In this document: positions 49,371 through 60,599 of the stretch, piece after piece
Numbering within the stretch: the stretch's first letter is position 1
Layout: each line of letters begins with the position of its first letter
Origin: Anthoceros angustus
Lineage: Eukaryota > Plantae > Anthocerotophyta
Direction: 5' to 3'
Length of the DNA stretch: 64,000 nt
Assembly (NCBI GenBank): GCA_010909165.1
Contig: MU008208.1
Coordinates: 153,545 to 217,544, forward strand
Notes under the pieces: model-generated
Databases searched by the model: none
Told to the model about the DNA's origin: nothing
Seen by the model: the letters and a program-made list of their open reading frames with translations, nothing else
Program-made: the position numbers and the translations under genes

Positions 49371-49790
49371 CTTACTCTCGCCCACGCCCCGCCTACTGCC
49401 CTTACTGTCGCAAGACGCTGGAGCGTGAATACCTCGCTATAACGGCCCCTGCAAGGCTACGGCCCGGCTCGCATGCCCGCCTTCCATTCTGTGGCCGCCC
49501 ACGTGCGCCTGCCTAACTCACGCCCCAACTTCTAAGTTACTCATGCATTTATCCTGCTTTGACCCGGGAGTGGGGTCCGACTCCTGATACTCCGGCAAGG
49601 TGGTCCGGGTCCGAGTGGCACCGGGTCCGCTTACTACCCGAGTGACTCCGAGTGCCCGGGGTCTGTGCTTATTCCTCCTTTTCCGCCTTTATTTTACACT
49701 CCATACCTACGAAAAACAAACCCCGCTTATTTCAACCCCAAGGGAGTCCTGTCCACATACTCCTTCTCATCTCACATGCCTCCGCCAACA

Positions 49791-51708
49791 CTAAGCATGA
49801 TACTTTCACCCGCCACCCGCTTACTCGGGTGGGCACAGCTTCATCTAACCGCCGAGCGGAACGGACCCATTCGCAGACTCACTACCGGTAAGGCCCCATC
49901 CATCGAAGTGAAGCTTGCCTGAAAGTGCATATGGCGACCGTCGTAGCGAGATCTCCCTCCTTCACATACTCCCGCTATGGAGTCGCCGGTCGCCATAGCT
50001 TCCGCGGTTTTGTACCGCATTCTATGTCGCGCCCTCCCCCTCCGTAGGCCGGACAAACCCTCAGCCCACCTGGCTTTCTTCATCCGTTAAGCGCCCCTCC
50101 ATCATGACGCTGGTACCTCAAACTCCACGCATAATCGCGAATGCCCATAGGTTAAGTAGTACGGAGTTCGCTATGAGTTACCTTCTCCAAGGCCCATAGC
50201 GGATGGTAGCTTTGTATCCCTAAGCATAGTTAACCGTGAGCTTCAGATGGGATAAGTCCGCTGGTCTTCCGTTAACCCATTGGCCTTCGTTGTGGCCGCT
50301 TGCGATGGGTTATACCAAATAGTCCGTCATTGCGCTTATCACATCATTGAGGAAATGAGTTCCCCTATCACTTACCAACCGCAACGCACCCATACCGCGT
50401 GATGATGTTCTCATAGAGGAACTTTGCCACCGGGCAGAGTCCGTCTGTTGCCGCCGCCCACCCACCGCACAATAGTCCGCTGCCACCAAGATGTACCGCC
50501 TGTGTGCAGAGTTATAGGTCCGACGTCGATACTATTTCTCAAACGGTGCTAGTGCAGTATGGGCACCCGCCATTGCCTCGTGGAAGTCGGCTTCCCGATC
50601 CTACGCACATCGCTTTTACAATTGGTGCGTTTCCCCATACATGGTGGGCCACCAAGATCCGCCTCCAAGATTTTCTTGGTGATGACCCATAGAATGACCA
50701 CCGCCTGTGCCTTCATGCATCCCTTTTATGACTACCTCCGCTCTTGTTGAAGGTACCACGCCCACCGTCCGGCCCACCTTAAAGATACATCCATTGTACA
50801 TCCTGGGGCCGAGCGAGTGTAGGTTGAAGGCCTGTATTGGGCACGGTTTAACCCTTGGAATCTCCATCTCCCATGTACTGCCCAGCCCGGTGGGCCGCCC
50901 CTCACGCCCGCCTCCCTTCCACTTCTCGCTCTGCGCTGCCACAAGTTTGGGGTTCTTAGGCCGCGCCTCCTCCGTGTCCACCACCGCCACCAATTCCTCG
51001 TCCGGAAGTCATCCTCCGATCCCGCAGGGTCGGCTCCGCCTTCAACTGGATAAGAAGTCGATTTTGGTGTTGCCTCCCTTGCGTCTCCACCTCAAAGGTG
51101 AACTCGAGCAGCGTAATCCACCTCGCACCGCCTGACAGTCCGCTTTATTCACCGATGCTTGAGCGCCAAGTGATCAACATAGAACACAAACTCGCTGGGC
51201 GTATGGTAGTGTCTCGAATTTCTTGACCACAGATACCATTCCCAACGCCTCGCCCGTAGTGTACTTCGCTCTGCAGCGAGCTGCCTTCCAAAGATAGTAG
51301 ATTGGATGATCCCTCCGCTTGTCGCCCTTTTGACGAGCACCACTCCGATGGCGAAGGTCGACATCTACATACACATGGAACCGCTTACTCCACCGACCTT
51401 TAATACCGAGCGCTTATCGGGTGGTCTCAGATCAATGCCGCTCCTTTCTCGTGACCAGTCCACCTCCTCCTTCCCGAGTAACTCCGTTAGCTTGGCCCTC
51501 TTGCGAAGTCCTAAATGAACCGCCTGTAATAACCTACCATGAGGAATATAGTTCCTTGACTGGTGGGCTAGGGATCGAATGACCCGACCTTATCTTGGTC
51601 CACCTCTATCCTCAGCACACACGATGCCCAGTGAATTCCTTCCGTCATTCCAAAGTAGCATTTCTCCGGATGTAGACACAGCTGTGTTTCCTTACAACGC
51701 TCCAAGCA
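49791..51708 (-). pseudogene. pol: Athila-like pol, 3' part: RT end, RNase H, integrase
   Basis: RKCLERCKETQLCLHPEKCYFGMTEGI; FAIGVVL..DHPIYY; MHEGTGGGH..WWPTMY; SDRGTHF; GKLHFRW.GPYR; stop at 49791. Confidence 0.9.
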
Positions 51709-51892
51709 CTTCCTAAAGGAAATTATGTTAGTTAGGTTAGTAGTTTCATAATCAGTTATAACTACTCTTTTAAAATACTCATATATACTCTTTTTCATTT
51801 TTTTCTTGGATAATAACGATAACTACCTTTGCCCCTCGTGCCTCGTGCGCTCTTGCTCCCGTGCTCTCTCCCACAATCCACACAACGCGAAA

Positions 51893-51904
51893 TGGTATCA
51901 GAGC
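51893..51904 (+). promoter_or_regulatory. Copia C PBS (tRNA-iMet)
   Basis: TGGTATCAGAGC directly after the LTR. Confidence 0.95.
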
Positions 51905-52489
51905 ATCGAAGTTAGATCCTCCCCATGAGCACGAATTGTGGAAGGAGCTATGGTTTTTTGCCCGATTTTGTGATTTTGTGAAATGAAGATAGCAAGTAAT
52001 GGCCTCGTGCAGTGAGTCTTAAGATCGGCATGAACAATCTGCATCGTGTGACGTCTTCCAATCCATGCGGCCACCGTGGGCATGGTGGCTGCGATCGGCG
52101 TTTCACCGGATCATTCTTCCGCGCTGCCCGTGGAGTTTTGTGGCCGATTTGCCCATGGCACGGCGCGCCCTGATTTGATGGTTTCGACTATTCCAAGCTT
52201 TCCAAGCCAGGCAAAGACATGGATGCAAGATCTTGATGGGCGCCCTTTCTCCGATCGACCATCGGCGGCAATTCCAAATTCTATTACGCGCAACCTCGGG
52301 CCGAGTTGTACATGGTGCACCGCGCCTCGGCCACGGCTTTCAACCATTTTCGATCCAGCCTCCTGGATTTTCTTGGCGATCGCCTACGGTCGCCAAGGCC
52401 CGATCGAGGATTCCTCACGATTTTCAAGCCGTAAGAGATGCAACTGCCCTATCGCGCCAGGCTCACCGAATAGCCCACGATTGCTTGTT

Positions 52490-53294
52490 ATGAGGATACC
52501 GGAGGCCCGAATGGGCTGAAGTGTGGCCGGTGTCTCGGGATGAAGATGCCGCCCTCTGCCTTATGAGTCGCATCTGACCCTGGAATTATTTGAGCAATCC
52601 AGAGTTGTGCAGGCGATGAAGAAGGTAGCCTGCATCATTTCATCCCACAGCGCCCGATTCCAGCCTGATGTCATCAGCGCCTTAGGTTTTTATGAAGATG
52701 CTTGCCAAGCACCACGGCTGCGCGTTCCAGATCACTGTCGCGGCATCAATTTTTTCAGCCTGATTTCCTCATTCATCTTCTCAGTGGAGGCCGCTGTGGC
52801 ATCAGCAGGCCCGCGCACCTGCGGCAGCTGGCTTAATCGGCAATGTGGATGCTGAGACGCGGGTGAAGATGCCGAGGCGTAGGACATCTCCTCGCGCGCA
52901 GTGGAGGACTGTTCACCCTCAAGCCTCACAGTTACCCACCTCAAATCCCGGTTTCATCTGTTCAGCTTGCCGGCAGCTGGAGCTCCGTGCCAGATGCCCC
53001 AACAATTTTAGTGAAGCCCAAAGCTTTGTGAGAAATTCTGTGCATCGTGCAACCTCTCGAAGTCCTGCCAGACCTCATTTGGTGCAATATCCACCTTTAC
53101 CATTGCGACGACGAAATATTGAGGATGAACTAAGGGAAGCCACTAACCAGAACCATGATTTACAAGATTTTCTCTCTATTCTTCTAACGGGAATTCGGCA
53201 ATTATATTTGTTGTCTACTCCAACTGAAGAGGAGAAGCGTGTGCATTTGGCCAGGCTATTTTCAACGAGACGCTCACGCGTACCCCGTTCTTAA
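52490..53294 (+). CDS. Putative extra ORF upstream of copia C gag; product unknown
   Basis: ORFs 52607-52855 and 52845-53294 (..NIEDELREATNQNHDLQDFLSILLTGIRQLYLL..) end just before the long acidic/proline-rich gag N-terminus that starts at ca. 53305. Confidence 0.4.
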
Positions 53295-53304
53295 CATTTG
53301 AAGT

Positions 53305-56300
53305 TTGGACATGCAGCCAGGTTCGCCATCATCAGGGTCCGACGGATCAAATGAAGGCGAAGATTTGGACCTTGGCAGATTGAATTTGCCAGAGGATGCA
53401 GCTTCACCTGTTGTCGATCCCACAACTGGTATTGATGAACAGCAAGTTACATCTCCCTCTTTTGACTATTTGAGAAGTTTTTGGGACAACCCTCCTCAGC
53501 CTAGGTCAGGCTTAGGTAGTATTCCTTCTCCTACAGCAGGCAACCTGCTGGTTCCGCAAGCACCCTTGCAGGTACGGCAGGCAACCCTGCTTCTGGAGTT
53601 GGAGTTTCTACTGGACAAGCTGCAAATTTTGCGCAAGCTATGGCAATCACTCCAGGTTCCTTGAAGATTGAGTTCAAGGACAGGGATCGCTTTAATGGTA
53701 ATGATTACCACATCCGGGGCGATGAGGTGACCTGCATTTTGGAGGAGCATGAGCTCATGTCGGGTTGTGGAGGAACCAAAACCAGAAGACAGGCTAACAA
53801 TGCAAATGCTGCTGATATTCTTGCATGGCAAAGGAAGGATAGGAGAGCCCGGTCAATCCTTTTGGCATCCCTTGACAGGAACATGATGCCGCACACTATG
53901 GACGCTGACACTTCAGCAGCAGTTTGGAACAACTTGAAACTCATCTATAGAGATAAGAGTTCTGTTTCCCTTGTTTTGGCGCATTGGGATTTTTTCAATA
54001 TTTGTATGAAGGATAATGAGACTGTTGAGTCTTATATCAATAAATTTCGCACAGCTCGTGCGACTCTTGCATATTGCGGAACTACCTTCACTGAGTTTCA
54101 AGCTGCTATTTCCTTTCTAGCATCCCTGCCTGACAGTTATTCTCAGTTTATCAGTTCTCAGAATGCTACTCTTCAAGCAGCTGGACCTGGCGCCAATGTA
54201 ACGTTGGAGCAGGTATTTGGAGCTTTGATTGCTGAAGAACGCCGTAGGAGCCTTCACAAGTCAAAGCCTACCATGCAGCAAGGTAGCAGAGTTTTGTTTG
54301 CTTCTAGAGGACGTGGAGGCAATCGTGGCAGAGGACGTTGGGGCTCAGCACGAGGAGGAGCTTCAACCTCTCGACAGCCCAACCTTCAAAGGCATACTTT
54401 TACTTGCAATTGGTGCAAGATACCAGGTCATTTTGAGAGAGATTGTAGGAAGAAAAGGGCTGGTGAGCCCCGGAAGGAAAGTTCAAGTTCCGTTCCAGCT
54501 TCTAATGTAGCCACGTCCAAAGGTCTGCCCAAACCACCCGCCATCTTAGCAGTTTGCTTATCTTCTATCCAGATCCAGAATGACATGGTTCCTCGACTCT
54601 GGGGCAATAAATCCAGAAGAACCCAGAAGTCCCAGAGTCCAGAATTTATTGATATAAGACTCAACAGTCTCATTATCCTTCATACAAATATTGAAAAAAT
54701 CCCGATGCGCCAAAACAAGGGAAACAGAACTCTTATCTCTATAGATGAGTTTGAAGTTGTTCCAAACTGCTTCTGTCGCCATTCATAGTGTTGGCATCAT
54801 GTTCTGTAAGGGATGCCAAAAGGATTGACGGGCTCTCCTATCCTTCCTTTGCCATGAAGAATATCGCAGCATTTGCATTGTTAGCTGTGCCTGGTTTTGG
54901 TTACATCCTGTCCACAACGGACATGAGCTCATGCTCCTCAAAATGGTCACCTCATCGCCGATGTGGTAATCATTACCATTAAAGCGATCCCTGTCCTTGA
55001 ACTCAATCTTCAAGGAACCTGGAGTGATTGCCATAGCTTGCGCAAAATTTGCAGCTTGTCCAGTACTCTGGGGCAACTAGCCACATTTGTTTTGATAGGA
55101 ATGCTTTCACTGTTTTTGATGCTAACCCAGCTCATCACCAGTTTGTTCTTTTGGGTGATGACAGTGGTTTATCCATTAAGGGTATAGGATCAGTAAAGAT
55201 ACAGCTTCCTAGTAGTTCCTCTCTTACAATCTCAGGTGTGTTGTTTGTCCCATCCATGACCAAGAATCTCATGTCAGTTATGAAGCTCACGGAGGAGCAC
55301 TCTTGTAGAGTTTGTTTTGACAATACAGGTTGTTCAATCATTAGCAATAGCATTGGAACTGACCTTTTCACAGGGACACCTTTCCATGATTTGTATCTTT
55401 TGAATGTGAGAACTTTGTATCATCCACATGCTACTGTTAACGTTACCCAAGCTTCTGGTCTCTCTCCCACTCAGCTTTGGCATTGCCGATTAGGGCATGT
55501 GAATTTTAATAGGCTTTCCACTTTAGTCAATAACTCAGTTTTTAGAGATCATTTGTCTTTCTCTTTTGATAATAGAGCTTTTTGTGACTCTTGTCAATTG
55601 AGCAAGGCAATTTCACAGCCTTTCAAAGACCAGAACTTGTCAAGAGCTCCTTGTCTTCTTCAATGCCTCATAGTGACATCTGGGCCCCATGTCATCTATG
55701 TCATTTGGTGGAGCATCTTATTTTATCACTTTCATTGATGAATGGAGCCGCTATTCTACAGTGTTTGTTCTTGCCCACAAGAGTGAAGCCCTGTCATGTT
55801 TTCAGACGTATTTAGCTTCTCGCTTTCGAGTGCCATCACCAAGATTCTTAAGATCGATAACGGAGGCGAATATACCAGGAATGCCTTCACCGAATTTTGT
55901 GCCGGAGAGGGAGTTCTTCATCACTTACAGTTCCTTATACTCCACTCAAAATGCTTTTTGCCAACGCAAGAATAGGACACTTCAAGAGGCTACACTTTCC
56001 AACTTAGCATTTGCAGGCCTCACTAGGGGATATTGGGCTGAAGCCCTTATGGCAGCTAATTATGTGCAGAATAGGTTGCCTACGAAGGAGCTTGGTTTGG
56101 TTACCCCATACGAGCGCTGGACTGGGAAGAAGCCCCGGATTACTCATCTACGTATTTTTGGAGCACCAGCATATGCCTTGATCCCTTCTGCACTTCGGAG
56201 TAAGCTTGATCCTAAAGCTGTCCGCCGTATTTTTATTGGTTATTCGGACGAGGTAAAGGGATATAAGCTTTTTGATCCAAGCACTCGGCAAGTTTCCATT

Positions 56301-58330
56301 TCTCGGAGTGTTGTATTTCATGAGAATGCTCTTCTCCGACGCTGATGCCGCTTTGGATCCTACTTCTTGATTCTCTGTTTCTATCCATGGAGTGGATGAT
56401 CTAGTGATTAATACCCGATGCTGATGTTTCTTTTTGATATTGATGATGTTTCCAGTTCACCTTCCTCGGCTTCAGGGGGGGCTACAACATCCGGTTCACA
56501 TGCACAAGCTCATCTTCCTAGTGCTTCTCCAGCACCTGACTCTTCTCCATCAGATGAGTCCTTGGCAGTTCCCTCCTTTGATGAACCCTTGGAAGTTGAT
56601 CCTGTTGTTGTTTCTTTTGATACTGACCCTCTTTCGTCTAATCCTGAGCCCACACCTGATCCAATTGAGCCTACACCTGAACCAGTTTTGCGTAGATCTA
56701 GCCGCCATAGACCACCTCGTAGTGAATGGTCTGAACCACCTTTTGTAGCTGGTCTAGTTTCATATCAGAATTTTGATATTTCTGAACCCGCTACTTATCA
56801 AGAAGCAATTACAGGCCCTGAGGCTGAGCAATGGAAAAAGGCCATCAAGTCTGAATACGATTCTCTCATAGCTAACCAAACTTGGAAGTTAGTGGTTTTG
56901 CCTAAAGGTCGTAAGCCAATTGCTTGTAAATGGGTATTTAAGAAAAAGCTTAATACTGATGGCAGCATAGATCGCTATAAAGCAAGGCTAGTTGCGAAAG
57001 GATACAGCCAGGTAGGAGGACTTGATTACAATGAGACTTTTTCTCCAGTTGTAAAGTCTACTTCGATAAGGATTTTGCTGGCTTTATTAGCTCATTATGG
57101 CCTCTTAGTTCATCAGCTAGATGTTAAAACAACTTTCCTTAATGGTTCTTTGCAAGAAGAAATTTATATGTGCCAGCCCGAACGAAGGCTTTGAAGTTGA
57201 TGAGGACAAAGTTTGCTTGTTGCTGAAGACATTGTATGGCCTCAAGCAGTCTAGCAGAGCATGGAATGAAACCTTTCATGCTTTATTGGTAGAATTGGGT
57301 TTCACTTGTTTGGATGCAGATAATAGTGTATTTATTATGTGGGAAGGAGACAACTTTCTTATCCTAACCGTTTATGTTGATGATAATTTCTTATTTTGTA
57401 CATCAGCACAACTAATGGCCAGGATTAAGGGTGTTCTTCTTTCCCGTTTTGAGATGACTGATTTGGGCCAGCTTACTTTCTCGCTTGGTATGCAATTCCA
57501 TTTTTCAGAAGACAGGCACACCATAGAGATTCATCAGGAGCATTTTGTTCACTTTTTTTAAAAGATTGCATGGCCCGTTCTATCTCTCCTGAAAAACTCT
57601 CTACAATGCCAAGGATTTGATGGCAACACGTCCTTATAGACAAGCAGTGGGTAGTTTGCTTTATCTTGCTGCTTGGACACGCTTGGATATTTCTAGGGCC
57701 GTAAATAGTGTATCCCAATTCTTAGAGAACCCAAGGGAAGCCCATTGGACGGCAGTTAAAAGGATTTTTAGATACCTCAAGGGGACTTCTAGTTTAGGAC
57801 TTACCTATACTAAGCAGCCTAATGGATTAGTGCTCACTTCATATTGCGACGCCGACTGAGCTGGCGATCCAGATGGTAGAAGAAGTGTGGCAGCATACTG
57901 CAATCTACTTGGTGGGTCAGCCATCTCTTGGTCTAGTAAGAAGCTGTCTACCATTTGCCTTTCATCTACTGAAGCAGAGTATGGAGCTTTATCTCAAGCT
58001 GCTAGAGAGGTAATATGGATACGCTCATTTTTGAGAGGAATTCAGCAGTTACCAACAGGGGCTACAACTTTGTGGTGCGATAATCAATCAGCAATTGCAC
58101 TTTCTAAGAATCCGGTATTTCATGCGAGGTCAAAGCATATTGAAATAACGCATCATTTTATTAGACAAGCTGCTGATACAGGCGAGGTTGAGGTTCACTA
58201 TATTCCAACAGGTGACAATATAGCGGATCTTTTGACCAAGCCACTACCAAAAGTTTCTCATGGCAAGCACTCCGCAGCAGCAGGTCTCAAGTCCATTACT
58301 GCAGTGACCAAAGTTGGTACTGCACACTAA
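53305..58330 (+). pseudogene. gag-pol: Copia C gag-pol, disrupted in protease (insertion) and RNase H (DAD*AG)
   Basis: FKDRDRFNGNDY; CNWCKIPGHFERDC; WFLDSGA|..|SGATSHICFD; LWHCRLGH; FIDEWSR; [13 protein letters not shown]; VYVDDN; NPVFHARSKHIEI; ADLLTKPL. Confidence 0.93.
54608..55064 (-). repeat. Inverted duplication of gag 53609-54046 plus filler, flanked by a 12-bp direct repeat
   Basis: 54643-55065 is the reverse complement of 53609-54046 (minus-strand ORFs reproduce Gag). ACTCTGGGGCAA occurs at 54596-54607 and 55065-55076. Confidence 0.93.
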
Positions 58331-58513
58331 AGTTAAATGTTGATTAGCGCAGTGGATGAAGCTGCAATGTTTTGTGCTAATCGTGCGCTTTTCAGCAAGG
58401 ACATCACCCTCTTTTGGAGTTTAAGAGGGAGCCAGTAGTATGTTTGAGATTTAGTGTTATGTTTTCACTAGCCTAGTTTGCATATTTTATCCTTTATTCT
58501 GATTATTTCAACT

Positions 58514-58522
58514 AAGAGGGAG
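58514..58522 (+). promoter_or_regulatory. Copia C polypurine tract
   Basis: AAGAGGGAG abutting the 3' LTR. Confidence 0.85.
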
Positions 58523-58705
58523 TAAAGGAAATTATGTTAGTTAGTTAGTAGTTTCATAATCAGTTATAACTACTCTTTTAAAATACTCATATATACTCTT
58601 TTTCATTTTTTTCTTGGATAATAACGATAACTACCTTTGCCCCTCGTGCCTCGTGCGCTCTCGCTCCCGTGCTCTCTCCCACAATCCACACAACGCGAAA
58701 CTTCC

Positions 58706-60010
58706 GCAGGTGTCCAACGTGCTTGTCTTCCTCTCCATGTACACAGAAGTCATCCAGGAATACCTCCATGAAGTCCCTCAGAAAATCCCTGAAGACGTTA
58801 GTCACCATCCGCATGAATGATCCGGGCACTCCTGTCATCCCGAAGGCGCTTCGCTTGTAAGCGAACGTTCCCCACTCCGCGGTGAACGTTGTCTTATCCC
58901 AGTCCGACTCCCTTAGGTGCAATTGGTTGTAGCCGGAGTATCCATCCAAGAAGGAGTAAGTACTCCGTCCTGCCACCTTGTCCAGTATGTTGTCCACGAA
59001 GGGCATGGGGAAATGGTCCTTCTCGGTGGCGGCGTTGAGTTTCCTCCAATCCTGACAGACACGGATCTGTCCTTGCTGTTTCTTGGGCACAACGACAATG
59101 GGTGCTACCCATTCGCTGTTTACGATTGGAAAGATGATGTCTGCCTCCAGATACTTATCTAGGACCTCCTTGACCTTGAGCGAGTGCTTGGGATTCAATT
59201 TATACTGTCGAATCCGAACAGGCACCGCTCCTGGCTTCAGGTCTATCCGATTGTCAGGATTGACCGTCTCCCTTTTCCTCGCCGCTTCGCTACGCCCAAA
59301 GCCGTCATCCTCCATCCGAGGGTCATCCTCACGCATTCCCCACTCTCGGAAAAGCTCGTCTGAGGTAAACCGGATTACTTCTTCTGGGTCCTCCCCTTCC
59401 TGGATCGGTGGGCCTCCTCCTTTGCCCTCGTCCTCCGGGTCCGGCGCGGCCTCTACTCGGAAATAATTGACCACCTCCGCTCCGAAGGTGTCCCTCCGGT
59501 AGTCCATCTCTTCTTCGGACCACGAGATTTTTGGAAAGGGTAGTCCTCATTCGTATCCTCGCTCATCGTCCCCACTGCCTTCGGGCGGAGGTGTACCCCT
59601 CCGTGGTGCTTACGGTTTCACCACAAGATGTGTCCTTACCTCGGTGATCGCCATACCCGTCCCTTCCCTTACCTTCGGATCCCAGTCTACTGGTTTGAAG
59701 TGGATCTCCTTCCTTCCGAAATGTAATTTTGTCGAGCGAGTCCGGCCGTGGAAGCCCCTAACAAGACCTCGACTGTGAGGTCCGGGCGGCTTGATGACCA
59801 CGGTCCAATGTGTAGGGTGCCTGCAATGGTTGCTTGGACTCGGTAACTCTCCCGCGGCCGGTGACATGTCCGCCATCTTGAGGGTTTTGGTGGATGGCTC
59901 AAAGGCTGTGAACCCTAACCGCCTTGCGGTGGCCTCTGTGATGAGGTTCACTCCTGCCCGGTGTCCAGGGGTACGTTTTTAATCACGCACCCTGATTTCA
60001 CCGAACCACC
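58706..60010 (-). pseudogene. pol: Athila-like aspartic protease and RT, 5' part
   Basis: DTGAGVNLITEATARRLG; IDLKPG..P..RQYKLNP; WVAPIVVVPKK..IRVCQDWRKLN..TEKDHFPMPF.D; FSFLDGYSGYNQ-like; VFLDDF. Confidence 0.93.
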
Positions 60011-60599
60011 GGCCCGTGTCCGTATGAGATACCACTCACTTTCACGTTCTTGGCCCTACCGGCCCCGAGGAGTTTCATGGTTGTCTCGATGGCCTGACTT
60101 CCGATACCGGATTGTCTCTTAACAACCGCCTAAGTGACACCGGTGTTGTTGGTCCATCATCAAGTCACCACCTTGAAAGGCGTGGGTGGCTCCTTCACGA
60201 GTCTGGTCCGCCTTGACTTCTAGCACTCCCGCCCCGCCCGTGTGGGCCTACCTCCGGTCTGGATCTCTTCCTCAAGCATCTCCCACTCAACCACATCCGT
60301 GGAAACCGGGTGTTGCCTTGGGTCCGCTTTCCTCTTCTTACGTTTTCCGGAGGTTTCGGTCGGTTTCTCCGCAGAGCTGCCCGATTCAACTCGCCTTCCT
60401 GGCTCTCCCTCCTCGCGGTGTCCCGCCTCCGTATCCGCAGTTATCTCCATTTTCTTCCTCTTTAACTGCCTCCTCTCCTTTCTCCTTCCGGCTTTGGGTT
60501 GACACTTCCACTCCTGTGTCTACCTTCTCCTTAGCCGAACTCGCCTGCACCACCGCCCCTAAGTTCCTTCGCTCTTCCCACTCCGCCACTGTGCATCTT

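Larger units (their letters stand above)
51714..58700 (+). mobile_element. Ty1/copia LTR retrotransposon C, full length, recent, inserted in the Athila RT
   Basis: LTRs 51714-51892 and 58523-58700 differ by 1 indel and 1 substitution. TSD CTTCC at 51709-51713 and 58701-58705. Removing the element restores RT HLRK|CLERC. Confidence 0.97.

Noticed and set aside
51726-51884. Canonical TG...CA LTR hidden inside copia C (TGTTAG ca. 12 bp in, CACA ca. 8 bp from the end)
   Set aside because: TSD, PBS and PPT all abut TAAAGG and GCGAAA. Only those ends restore the host RT frame.
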